A stretch of DNA of 38,001 bases, from NCBI GenBank assembly GCA_038324555.1, contig JBBQIC010000003.1, positions 1-38,001 on the forward strand, read 5' to 3'. Shown here one piece after another: positions 28,185 through 37,318 of this stretch. A program made the translations under genes and the position numbers. How positions within the stretch are numbered: position 1 is the first letter of the stretch; each line of letters opens with the position of its first letter. The notes beneath the pieces were generated by a model. That model did no database searches and was not told the origin of the DNA. It was given only the letters and a program-made list of their open reading frames with translations. Source of the DNA: Chloroflexia bacterium (lineage in GTDB: Bacteria > Chloroflexota > Chloroflexia > QHBQ01 > JADMIH01).

Positions 28185-28414
28185 GAAACGCTCGGAACCG
28201 CGGGGCAGACCTCTTACTTACCTGGCCCGCAGCACAGGTACGGCGCGTAAGAAGGATCGCGGTTTCGAGCAATCGTGTACTCATCACTAGTAGGTGAGTT
28301 AATCCGTAATTTTTGCGCTCGGATGCCGCACGACTTGCCCGGTTACGTGCTTATAGGCGTCCTGGGGGCGAAACTTACAACATTATATCATCATAAGGAA
28401 GGGGATCAAGATTC

Positions 28415-30799
28415 ATGAATAAACGTATTTTAGGGTCAGTACTCTTTGCTTGCCTGTTCATGGCAGTTGCTATTTCATCAGCCATGGTGTTCCTCAGCAC
28501 TAGCACGCAAGCCGCAGTGACCATAGCCCCAGCCATCGGCGCAAAAGCAAAAGCGCCGGACGCCGGGACCGTCTCCACCTGGATGGACGTTGCGCCATTC
28601 CCAACAGTAAGTATTCCCCCCACGCCGGGCAGCTACCCACTCAAACTCAAGCGAGCCTGCGCGGCGGCCTATCCCTCGAACGGTAAAGTCTATCTATTCG
28701 GCGGGCGACACGGCACGGATGGTGAGGACATCACCCTCCAGTGGATTTGGGAACTTACACCCGGCGACCCAGGCAGTTGGGTACGCAAGAACGCCCTGCT
28801 CGACGGCTCCCAGCCGGGCAGCCGCTTCACGGCGAACATGGCCTGCGCTGCGTTGAACAATGCCAACGGGGACTCGCGTATCTATCTCGTGGGCGGCAGC
28901 AGCATCAACAGCGAGCCTACTCCGTCGGTGCGTGTATACGATCCCAACGCCGATCAGGTAACGGCTCTAACCACCGACCCGTGGCCTGTCACTCCGGTGC
29001 ATGTGCCCGGCGCGTATGCGGTGTACAACAACAAGCTGTACATCGTCGGCGGCTTCTCCGCCCTAGGGTCGGGCGCGGTGTTCGCCGATACATGGGAATT
29101 CGACCCCACGAGAGCGGACGGGCAGAGATGGCGACGGCTGACCAGCGCCGACCTGAACACGCCTCGCGGCTACATGGCTGGTGCGATACTCGATGGCAAG
29201 TTGTATGCCATAGGCGGTGACACCTGGAACCCTACGACCCACACGCTAAGTCCTGTAAACAACGTGGAGCGGCTAGACCTGACCCAGGCGAACCCAACCT
29301 GGACGAATATAGCATCGCTGCCCACGGCGAGAGGCGATATGGGAGCGTGGGCCTACAATACAGGCACGGGCTACGAAATATCGGGCCACATTGCCATCGC
29401 CGGTGGAGGCTACCCGGAGCCTGACCCGACGGGTTACTTATACGATCCGGGTAACGACAGTTGGGGTTCATGGGCCAGCCTAATGCACGCCACCCGCAAC
29501 TATGGGGCGACAGAGATGGACGGCTATCTGTACGCGCTCGGTGGTTACGATTACACGAACCACACGCCCACCGGCGCTAACTTCAGCCAGGTCTACGACG
29601 CCACCTCGCCAGGGGGCACTCCTACACCCACGCCAACAGAGTGTACCATCACCTTCAGCGACGTGAACCCAGGCGATTTCTTCTATGAGGCGGTTCAGTA
29701 TCTCGCCTGCCATGGCGCCATTAGCGGCTATGACGATGGCACATTCCGCCCATACAACAACACCAAGCGCGGGCAATTGACCAAGATAGTGGTGCTCTCC
29801 GAGGGTTGGCCCATTGATACCACAGGCGGGCCTCACTTCACCGACGTGTCCGAAGACTACGTCTTCTACGTCTACATAGAGACCGCCTACAATCACGGCA
29901 TCATCAACGGCTATGGTGACGGCAGCTTCCGGCCTGAGAACAACGTAACCAGGGCGCAACTGTCCAAGATAATAGTGCTCGCCCAGGGTTGGGAGATAGA
30001 CACAACAGGAGGTCCGCACTTCTCGGACGTGCCAACAACCCACCCGTTCTACGGCTACATCGAGACAGCCTACAATCACGGCATCATCAACGGCTACAAC
30101 GACGGCACTTTCCGCCCTGACAACAACGCCACCAGGGCCCAGATAAGCGTGATCGTCTATCGCGCTATCACGGGCGCGCCGCCACAACCTACCAACACAC
30201 CTTCAGCAAACACGCCCACCGCCACGTCGGTAGCAGGCACAGCTACCCGCACGCCCACTCGCACGCCCACTCCTGGCCTGTTCGGCGTCCAGATTATGAA
30301 CTTTGCCTTCAACCCGCAGAACATTACTATCCCGGTGGGGTCTTTCATACGCTGGACCAACTTCGACTCCGCGACGCACACCGCGACCAGTGATACGGGA
30401 GTATGGGATAGCGGCAATCTCGGTCAGAACCAATTCTACCAGCGTACCTTCTCCACACCTGGGGTGTTCCCATATCACTGTACAATCCACCCGAGCATGA
30501 CCGGCACGATTACCGTTACGGGCAGCGCCGCCAGGGACGTCGCCATCCAGGGCTTCGCGTTTGTCCCACCGAGCATTACTATTCCGGCGGGCACAAGCGT
30601 GAGGTGGACCAATATGGACGCCATAGGACATACATCTACGAGCACATCGGGAGTCTGGGATAGCGGCAATCTCAACCAGAACCAATCTTACACACACACT
30701 TTCAACACGCCAGGCACCTACTCCTACATATGTACACCACACCCGAACATGACGGGCACGATCATCGTTACCGGCTCTGACGTAGGTAGAAAGCAGTAA
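28415..30799 (+). CDS. secreted Kelch beta-propeller + 3 SLH + two amicyanin/plastocyanin-type cupredoxin domains
   Basis: Kelch VYLFGG/LYIVGG/LYAIGG repeats; SLH motifs; type-1 Cu sites H...YHCTIHPSM and H...YICTPHPNM. Confidence 0.9.
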   Translation: MNKRILGSVLFACLFMAVAISSAMVFLSTSTQAAVTIAPAIGAKAKAPDAGTVSTWMDVAPFPTVSIPPTPGSYPLKLKRACAAAYPSNGKVYLFGGRHGTDGEDITLQWIWELTPGDPGSWVRKNALLDGSQPGSRFTANMACAALNNANGDSRIYLVGGSSINSEPTPSVRVYDPNADQVTALTTDPWPVTPVHVPGAYAVYNNKLYIVGGFSALGSGAVFADTWEFDPTRADGQRWRRLTSADLNTPRGYMAGAILDGKLYAIGGDTWNPTTHTLSPVNNVERLDLTQANPTWTNIASLPTARGDMGAWAYNTGTGYEISGHIAIAGGGYPEPDPTGYLYDPGNDSWGSWASLMHATRNYGATEMDGYLYALGGYDYTNHTPTGANFSQVYDATSPGGTPTPTPTECTITFSDVNPGDFFYEAVQYLACHGAISGYDDGTFRPYNNTKRGQLTKIVVLSEGWPIDTTGGPHFTDVSEDYVFYVYIETAYNHGIINGYGDGSFRPENNVTRAQLSKIIVLAQGWEIDTTGGPHFSDVPTTHPFYGYIETAYNHGIINGYNDGTFRPDNNATRAQISVIVYRAITGAPPQPTNTPSANTPTATSVAGTATRTPTRTPTPGLFGVQIMNFAFNPQNITIPVGSFIRWTNFDSATHTATSDTGVWDSGNLGQNQFYQRTFSTPGVFPYHCTIHPSMTGTITVTGSAARDVAIQGFAFVPPSITIPAGTSVRWTNMDAIGHTSTSTSGVWDSGNLNQNQSYTHTFNTPGTYSYICTPHPNMTGTIIVTGSDVGRKQ

Positions 30800-30810
30800 A
30801 CGCCCAACCG

Positions 30811-30877
30811 TAGGGTGAGGGAATAGGGTGAGGGAGTAGGAATAGAAACTATTCCCTCACCCTAATCCCTCACCCTA
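30811..30877. repeat. TAGGGTGAGGGAA 13-mer palindrome between convergent genes
   Basis: Same family as 18210-18276. Confidence 0.85.
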
Positions 30878-30883
30878 TGTTAT

Positions 30884-31543
30884 TCACGTTCCTTCCCATC
30901 TTTCTTGAAGCTCCCGGCGCAGGATTACGATGGCGCTGTGCAGAGTCTTGTCTACTTCGCGCCTGGTGTGCCCGGTGAGGTCCGCAATTTGCGCGCTGGT
31001 CAGGTCGTCGTAATATCTGAGCTTGAGGGTTGCGCGCAGATCGAAGGGCAAAGATTTTATGTGGTCGCCCCATTGCGTTGTGCCATCTACGTCGTCGTTC
31101 ATGCGTGGCAACAAATATAACTCGTCACCGTCTCCATGCACTTCCAGAGGCAGAGTTTTCTGCGATACGTCGCCCCGCCTGCTAACGAGGGTGTCATGCA
31201 CGTACTCTCGCAAGCGCCAGGGCATCCTGCGCTTCAGGTATTTCATAAACAGTTCGGATTGCGGTTCCCAGGACGCAAGTAATTCGCAAAAAACTACAAA
31301 TGCCTGCTGCTCGATGTCATCGCCGTCAATAATCACGTTCACCCTCCCGCTATATATAGCAATCCTGAGTATCTTTTTGGCGTAGCTTCCCAATCTTTTT
31401 ATCAGCGCCCCGTGCCGCATATAAAGCACATTGCGCGCTTCATGGGAACCGACTTTCCCAGCATTCGCTAACTCTTCATCGTCGTAACATTCAAATGGCT
31501 CGGTCTCTTTACTACTGTCTGTAAACTCGTCATTCACACTCAT
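30884..31543 (-). CDS. sigma-70 family RNA polymerase sigma factor (regions 2 and 4)
   Basis: DDIEQQAF...F..YL (region 2); LP...R..L.LRYY..LT..QIA...G.T (region 4 HTH); the longer ORF start lies in the MITE. Confidence 0.8.
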   Translation of the reverse strand: MSVNDEFTDSSKETEPFECYDDEELANAGKVGSHEARNVLYMRHGALIKRLGSYAKKILRIAIYSGRVNVIIDGDDIEQQAFVVFCELLASWEPQSELFMKYLKRRMPWRLREYVHDTLVSRRGDVSQKTLPLEVHGDGDELYLLPRMNDDVDGTTQWGDHIKSLPFDLRATLKLRYYDDLTSAQIADLTGHTRREVDKTLHSAIVILRRELQERWEGT

Positions 31544-31560
31544 CACTCTACCCCCCAATC

Positions 31561-31684
31561 GTAACAGTTCAGATTTAGGGTACTGTGTAGGGGCGAACCT
31601 TGTGTTCGCCCTCTGCATACCACTTCGTCAAGAGGGCGAACACAAGGTTCGCCCCTACACAGTACCCTAAATCTGAACTGTTAC
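31561..31684. mobile_element. 124-bp MITE with perfect 8-bp target-site duplication and an internal REP doublet
   Basis: Ends GTAACAGTTCAGATTTAGG / CCTAAATCTGAACTGTTAC; CCCCAATC at 31553-31560 and 31685-31692. Confidence 0.88.
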
Positions 31685-31749
31685 CCCCAATCGCACTCTA
31701 TAAACACAAACGGCAAGACGACACCAATAGTAGATGTCATCTCAATAAT

Positions 31750-31763
31750 AGAACATAAGTTCG
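31750..31763. promoter_or_regulatory. putative LexA (SOS) box GAAC-N4-GTTC
   Basis: AGAACATAAGTTCG, flanked by TATTAT hexamers on the minus strand, upstream of the sigma factor. Confidence 0.6.
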
Positions 31764-31886
31764 TATAATACGAGTGGCTAAATGGTCAGAAACCCGAGCA
31801 ACAGGTAAACGTATAAGTCAAAAAGACCTGTAACGTGGAAATATCCAAGTCACAAAAGAGGTCGCAAGCGAGAGGGATCTGCCTAT

Positions 31887-32165
31887 CTACTTGCCTAATT
31901 CGGTGGGCGGTTGCTTAATACTGCCTATGCCGCCTGTCCCCGCGAACTCCTCGTCAAGGGTCGTAGTACCTGGGTTGAGGATGTCGGCGTAGTCATCGGT
32001 GATCGGGCCGGAAGTGGTGGTATTGCCCTCCTCTTTTCCCTCATTCCAGGGCGCTTCCTGGAACGCGCCTGCTTCATTCAGCGCATCGTCAGAGCCTGCC
32101 ATCTTATCGTCCGGCGGGTCTGATTGGGGATCGTCAAGATTGCTCGAGTTAATATAGTTGCTCAT
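31887..32165 (-). CDS. small acidic hypothetical protein
   Basis: AAGGAG RBS; 92 aa, D/E-rich, probably disordered. Confidence 0.65.
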   Translation of the reverse strand: MSNYINSSNLDDPQSDPPDDKMAGSDDALNEAGAFQEAPWNEGKEEGNTTTSGPITDDYADILNPGTTTLDEEFAGTGGIGSIKQPPTELGK

Positions 32166-32223
32166 CGTTGGTAAGCTCCTTTTTTAGGTACTCACCTTAC
32201 GCAGTCTCTTACAGGAGGAAGAT

Positions 32224-32374
32224 CAACCAACCCGTGTCATTCTGAGCCGCAGCGAAGAATCACTACGAGGTCGTAAGTGTCAGGAATGGAGATAACGGCG
32301 CTGATACTGATCTCCAAACAGGTTGGTAAGGTGAGTGATTCTTCGCTGCGGCTCAGAATGACACGGGTTGGTTG
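32224..32374. repeat. 41-bp perfect inverted-repeat element (TGTCATTCTGAGC...GAAGAATC family)
   Basis: Arms at 32224-32264 and 32334-32374. Confidence 0.85.
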
Positions 32375-32627
32375 GTTTGTTGCCCTCATACTTTTGCTTT
32401 CGATTTGGCGGTAACCCTGCTACTCGACTGCGTAACGTGAGTTAGGTATATTCACCGTTGTGCAAGAAGCGTACCTCATGGCAATTGGGGCATATGGGGG
32501 CTAACCGATGACAGGGATGGTATAATTGAATCACAAGCTCCGAGCTATTGAGCCTCATAAATCCCTAAACTCAGAACTTGTAGCTCATACAAGCCAAAAG
32601 TACCGAAGATTGGTCGGGGAAAACCAA

Positions 32628-32656
32628 TTGTGCAAGGCTTCACCATCAAGTATAAT
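32628..32656 (+). promoter_or_regulatory. clpPX promoter
   Basis: TTGTGC-17 nt-TATAAT; AGGAG RBS at 32666-32670. Confidence 0.65.
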
Positions 32657-32676
32657 ATGGCTCACAGGAGAAAATA

Positions 32677-33435
32677 ATGAACACTAATTTCAAGTCAGAA
32701 CTCTGGTCGCCAATCCAAAACTCAAAACTCAAAACCATGCCCTTGAACGAAGTGAAGGGTCAAAACTCAAAACTGGAAAGCCCCCAGGCTATCATCCCTT
32801 ACGTCGTGGAGAGCAGCAATAGGGGCGAGCGCGTATACGACATCTATTCTCGTCTGCTGCGGGACCGCATCATCTTCATCGGCACTCCCATAGACGACCA
32901 GGTAGCGAACGCCGTGGTAGCCCAGTTGCTCTTCCTTGAGCACGAGGACCCGGAGCGAGACATCCAAATATACATCCAGTCCCCTGGCGGCTCCATCACC
33001 GCAGGACTATCAATCTACGACACAATGCAATTCGTGCGCCCCGAAATAACCACTATCTGCATCGGCCTATCGGCTTCGATGGGCACGATCATCCTCTGCT
33101 CTGGCACCAAAGGCAAGCGTTATGCGCTGCCCAACTCCACTATCCACATGCACCCGGCGGGTATCGGCGGGATAGGTGGATATGCCCCCGATGTGGAAAT
33201 CCAGGCCCGCGAACTGCTCAGAATGCAGTCCAAGATTCGCACAATTATGGCGAACCACACGGGCCAGACGCTCGAAAAAGTCTCCCGCGACTTTGACCGC
33301 GATATGTACATGGACTCATACCAGGCCGTAGAGTATGGTATTATAGATGAGGTGGTAACGACCGCCAATGCTATCGCCACCAATGAGGTGTCGAGCGCCG
33401 ACAGCTTGATCAAGACCGACGGACTACGTGTATAA
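32677..33435 (+). CDS. clpP: ATP-dependent Clp protease proteolytic subunit
   Basis: [25 protein letters not shown] (catalytic Ser), HMHP, DRD. Confidence 0.97.
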   Translation: MNTNFKSELWSPIQNSKLKTMPLNEVKGQNSKLESPQAIIPYVVESSNRGERVYDIYSRLLRDRIIFIGTPIDDQVANAVVAQLLFLEHEDPERDIQIYIQSPGGSITAGLSIYDTMQFVRPEITTICIGLSASMGTIILCSGTKGKRYALPNSTIHMHPAGIGGIGGYAPDVEIQARELLRMQSKIRTIMANHTGQTLEKVSRDFDRDMYMDSYQAVEYGIIDEVVTTANAIATNEVSSADSLIKTDGLRV

Positions 33436-33437
33436 AT

Positions 33438-33506
33438 AAGAACTATGAAGTAAGAATTATGAAAGGAAGGGAAGCGTTCATAATTCTTACTTCATAGTTC
33501 ATAATT
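33438..33506. repeat. AT-rich heptamer-type palindrome in the clpP-clpX spacer
   Basis: aactatgaagtaagaattatgaa...ttcataattcttacttcatagtt. Confidence 0.75.
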
Positions 33507-33518
33507 TGGAGGGAAGGC

Positions 33519-34859
33519 ATGGCTAATACCCGCAGCGGTAAGCCCCAGTATCGGTGCTCTTTTTGTGGAAAGAGCCAGGAGGACGTTCGCAGGCTAATCG
33601 CGGGGCCGGGCGCGGTCTATATATGCGATGAGTGCGTAGAGCTTTGCAGGGAGATCATTGACGAGGAAGAGTTGACCGTCGGTAAGCCCGACTTTAATCT
33701 CGGTCGCCAGATACCCAAGCCCAAGCGTATCGCCGAAATGCTAGACCAGTACGTCATCGGCCAGGACCGCGCCAAAAAGGTGCTGTCCGTCGCGGTATAC
33801 AACCATTACAAGCGCATCGTCACCAGCATGAAGGGTGACGACGTAGAGCTTCAGAAGAGCAACATCCTCTTACTCGGACCGACAGGCTGCGGCAAGACGC
33901 TGCTAGCCCAGACCCTCGCCAGGATACTCGACGTGCCGTTCTCTATCGCCGACGCCACCGCCCTCACCGAGGCGGGCTACGTGGGCGAGGACGTGGAGAA
34001 CATACTGCTCCGGCTGTTGCAGTCGGCTGACCTGGATATAGCCCGGGCCGAGAAGGGCATCGTCTACATAGACGAGATAGACAAGATAGCCCGCAAAGGC
34101 GACAACCCCTCTATCACCCGCGATGTGTCGGGCGAAGGCGTACAGCAAGCCCTCCTCAAGATCGTAGAAGGCACGGTAGCCAATGTGCCTCCGCAGTCGG
34201 GCCGCAAGCACCCCCACCAGGAGTTTATCCAGGTGGACACCAACCACATCCTGTTCATATGCGGCGGGGCGTTCGAGGGGCTTGAAGAGATCATCTCCAG
34301 GCGCGTCGGGGGCGGCAACGCACTCGGTTTCACACGTTCCAAGCACCCGGAAGACCGCGCCGCGCAATCAGCCGCCCTCCTCTCGAAGGTGATACCCGAA
34401 GACCTGCTCAAGTACGGCCTCATCCCTGAGTTCGTGGGCCGCCTGCCTATAATAGTATCCCTCAACCCGCTCGACCGCAACTCGCTCGTGCGCATCCTCA
34501 CCGAGCCGAAGAACGCTATCGTCAAGCAGTACCAGAAGTTGATGCAGCAGGACAAAGTGGAGTTGGTCTTCACCGACGCAGCCCTGGAAGCTGCCGCCGA
34601 CAAAGCCCTCAAGCAGAAGACCGGCGCTCGCGGCCTGCGCACCATCATCGAAGAGACGTTGCTCGACGTGATGTACGAGATACCGTCTCAGGAGGGCGTG
34701 GGTAAGTGCATGATCACCGAGGACGTGATAGAAGGCACACGCAGCCCGGTAGTGATCTCCCGCAACGACCGAGCAGGGCGCAACTACGAGCGCGATACGG
34801 CGGCCAAGACAGCCGCTGCAGATTTGGCGTTGGCGAGGGAGTTGGAAGAGACGGCCTGA
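33519..34859 (+). CDS. clpX: ATP-dependent Clp protease ATP-binding subunit
   Basis: CSFCGK...ICDEC zinc domain, [24 protein letters not shown] loop, TGARGLR. Confidence 0.98.
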   Translation: MANTRSGKPQYRCSFCGKSQEDVRRLIAGPGAVYICDECVELCREIIDEEELTVGKPDFNLGRQIPKPKRIAEMLDQYVIGQDRAKKVLSVAVYNHYKRIVTSMKGDDVELQKSNILLLGPTGCGKTLLAQTLARILDVPFSIADATALTEAGYVGEDVENILLRLLQSADLDIARAEKGIVYIDEIDKIARKGDNPSITRDVSGEGVQQALLKIVEGTVANVPPQSGRKHPHQEFIQVDTNHILFICGGAFEGLEEIISRRVGGGNALGFTRSKHPEDRAAQSAALLSKVIPEDLLKYGLIPEFVGRLPIIVSLNPLDRNSLVRILTEPKNAIVKQYQKLMQQDKVELVFTDAALEAAADKALKQKTGARGLRTIIEETLLDVMYEIPSQEGVGKCMITEDVIEGTRSPVVISRNDRAGRNYERDTAAKTAAADLALARELEETA

Positions 34860-34879
34860 TCTGCGGGGATTACTTTAGG

Positions 34880-34920
34880 TTCAATAAAAAGCCAGCCGCA
34901 GGGCTGGTTTTTTTATTGAA
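34880..34920 (+). terminator. intrinsic terminator
   Basis: AAAAAGCCAGCC-gcag-GGCTGGTTTTTTT. Confidence 0.8.
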
Positions 34921-35159
34921 TGGGTGCTCTTTCGCATCTCTTGCTTCGATTGGGGATAAAGTTTGCAGTTTGATAATCAAACACTATGAGGGCGGGGAAG
35001 TTAGTGCTATAATGGAACTTGCCAGGTGGAAAGCCACAGCTATCATTACAAAGGTGCTAATAGTTGCCAGGATATTTCGCCGTCATTTCTTTACCTCTTT
35101 GCAATGCCTTTAGCGCCTCCTCTTGAGTGCGGCCATATGACGCTATAGGAGAGCTATAA

Positions 35160-37238
35160 ATGAACTCTACAAAACCAGCCTATCCTCTTTCCCGGCGAGT
35201 AATTGCCTTCTTCATCCGGCCCCTTATTTTGTTCTTGTTATGCGGGACCTCACTACCAGGGGCAACCCAGTTGACTTCGACGCACGCCCAGGATGTTCCC
35301 GTGTCCACGTTTGGATCCACTAAGAGTCAGGAATTAGGGCGACCCACAACGCCCCTGGAAAAGGTGTTGAACAAAGACGGCTCGCTCAACGTAGATAGCG
35401 GCTTCAGTGGCAGCCTCGACCCCACAGGCTGGCAGATGGCAAGCGGTCCAGGGGGACAGCCTCGCTTTGTACGGGCAGGGGTAGCTAAGGCAGGTGAGCC
35501 GCAGAAGCGGATAAGCCCAACGGCAAATCCTGGCGCTGACCATGCGCAACTAGTTCCAGGCGATGAGAATTGGGACGACAGGTTTTACCTCTCTGGTGCG
35601 GATAACGAAGTCTATGCTATAGGGATCAGTGGGAGCGATGTGTATTTGGGTGGTCGTTTCACCTATGTAGGAGGAATACCTGCCAACCACGTAGCGATGT
35701 GGAATGGGAGCGCATGGTCTGCCCTGGGTAACGGTGCGAGTAATGGCGTGAATGGCTGGGTCCATGCGATAGGGATAAGTGGGAGCGATGTGTACGTGGG
35801 TGGCTATTTCTCACAGGCAGGAGGAATACCTGCCAACAGCATAGCGATGTGGAATGGGAGCACATGGTCAGCCCTGGGTAGTGGCGTGAGTAATGGCGTG
35901 AATGACTATATCTATACTATAGGGATCAGTGGGAGCAATGTGTATGTGGGTGGCTCTTTCATCTATGCAGGGGGAATACCTGCCAACCACGTAGCGATGT
36001 GGAATGGGAGCGCATGGTCTGCCCTGGGTAGCGGCATGAGTAATGGCGTGAATGACGCTGTCAGAGTGATAGGGATAAGCGGGAGCAATGTCTATGTGGG
36101 TGGCTCCTTCACGCAGGCAGGTGGAATGCCTGCCAATTACATAGCCCGTTGGGATGGGAGCACATGGACGGCCCTAGGCAGCGGTGCGAATAATGGCGTG
36201 GATGGTTCTGTCTATGCTATAGGAATCAGTGGGAGCAATGTCTATGTGGGTGGCTCCTTCACACAGGCAGGTGGAATACCTGCTAACAGCATAGCAATGT
36301 GGGATGGGAGCGCATGGTCAGCCCTGGGTAACGGTGCGGGTAATGGCGTGAATGACTGGGTCTATGCTATAGAGATAAGCGGGAGCAATATCTATGTGGG
36401 TGGCTCTTTCTCACAGGCAGGAGGAATGCCTGCCAACAGCATAGCAATGTGGGATGGAAGCGCATGGTCTGCCCTGGGTAACGGTGTAAGTGGTGGTGTG
36501 GATATCGGTGTCAAAGCGATAGGAATCAGTGGGAGCGATGTATATGTGGGTGGCCGTTTCACATATGCAGGGGAAATACCTGCCAACAGTATAGCGATGT
36601 GGAATGGGAACCTTTGGTCTGCCCTGGGCAATGATGCGAGTAATGGTGTGTATGGCAATGTCTATGCAATAGGCATCAATGACCTTGATGTGCATGTAGG
36701 TGGCTCTTTCAATTCAGCAGGTAATAAGCCTTCCGTCCACTTCGGTATATGGCATAACCCAGGCTTGGTATCCCATATGACTTGGCAGGGTCGTCCTTCC
36801 CAACCTGACCCACGACTGCAACTACCCATCACCCTCACACTCAAGTCAGGTACGACTGAAGTCAACTACCCAAGTCAGAGCACCAGTTCTAGAGGCTATT
36901 TCACGACAGCAGTGGGCACTTTACCTGCCGGAACCTACAACTGGCGGGCGAAGAACCCCAAGTACCTGGCTAATTCAGGCACTGTCACGTTGACAGGCAC
37001 CGGAACGGTCAACCTGGACATGGGCGTGATGAGGGCAGGAGACGCCAACAACGACAACCTGATAACTGCCCTCGACTTCAACATCCTGAAGCCCACGTAT
37101 GGCCTGGGTACAGGCGACCCAAACTATGACGACCGGGCGGACTTCAACGGCGATCAACTCGTCACCATCCTGGACTTCAATCTCTTGAAGATCAATTTCG
37201 GGCAGGGAGGCGCGCCGCCCATCAGCCCGAACCCTTAG
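35160..37238 (+). CDS. secreted protein with 50-aa tandem beta-propeller repeats and C-terminal Ig-like and dockerin-like domains
   Basis: AGGAG RBS, signal peptide, 7 full and 1 partial VYAIGISGSDVYVGG.F...WNGSAWSALG repeats; GDANNDNLITALDF and DFNGDQLVTILDF. Confidence 0.85.
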   Translation: MNSTKPAYPLSRRVIAFFIRPLILFLLCGTSLPGATQLTSTHAQDVPVSTFGSTKSQELGRPTTPLEKVLNKDGSLNVDSGFSGSLDPTGWQMASGPGGQPRFVRAGVAKAGEPQKRISPTANPGADHAQLVPGDENWDDRFYLSGADNEVYAIGISGSDVYLGGRFTYVGGIPANHVAMWNGSAWSALGNGASNGVNGWVHAIGISGSDVYVGGYFSQAGGIPANSIAMWNGSTWSALGSGVSNGVNDYIYTIGISGSNVYVGGSFIYAGGIPANHVAMWNGSAWSALGSGMSNGVNDAVRVIGISGSNVYVGGSFTQAGGMPANYIARWDGSTWTALGSGANNGVDGSVYAIGISGSNVYVGGSFTQAGGIPANSIAMWDGSAWSALGNGAGNGVNDWVYAIEISGSNIYVGGSFSQAGGMPANSIAMWDGSAWSALGNGVSGGVDIGVKAIGISGSDVYVGGRFTYAGEIPANSIAMWNGNLWSALGNDASNGVYGNVYAIGINDLDVHVGGSFNSAGNKPSVHFGIWHNPGLVSHMTWQGRPSQPDPRLQLPITLTLKSGTTEVNYPSQSTSSRGYFTTAVGTLPAGTYNWRAKNPKYLANSGTVTLTGTGTVNLDMGVMRAGDANNDNLITALDFNILKPTYGLGTGDPNYDDRADFNGDQLVTILDFNLLKINFGQGGAPPISPNP
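35610..36760 (+). repeat. 150-nt intragenic tandem repeat
   Basis: Units start every 150 nt from 35610 to 36660. Confidence 0.9.
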
Positions 37239-37242
37239 AACG

Positions 37243-37302
37243 AAGCGCAAAGACAGAGGTAGGGGCGCACGGCCGTGCGCCCCTACCTCTGTCTTTGCGC
37301 TT
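37243..37302. repeat. 60-bp perfect palindrome centred on a GTAG REP, between convergent genes
   Basis: AAGCGCAAAGACAGAGGTAGGGGCGCACGG|CCGTGCGCCCCTACCTCTGTCTTTGCGCTT. Confidence 0.85.
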
Positions 37303-37318
37303 AGTCTACCTTATGCGG

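Noticed and set aside
31544-31618. N-terminal extension of the sigma factor (MQRANTRFAPT...)
   Set aside because: It is a translation of the REP/MITE; the start at 31543 is more plausible.
32518-32625. Extra TGGTATAAT promoter and possible sRNA upstream of clpP
   Set aside because: There is no clear -35, terminator or recognisable RNA structure; it may simply be a second clpP promoter.
35610-36760. Repeats as a diversity-generating retroelement template/variable pair
   Set aside because: No reverse transcriptase is present, the differences are not adenine-specific, and the repeats are tandem coding blades.
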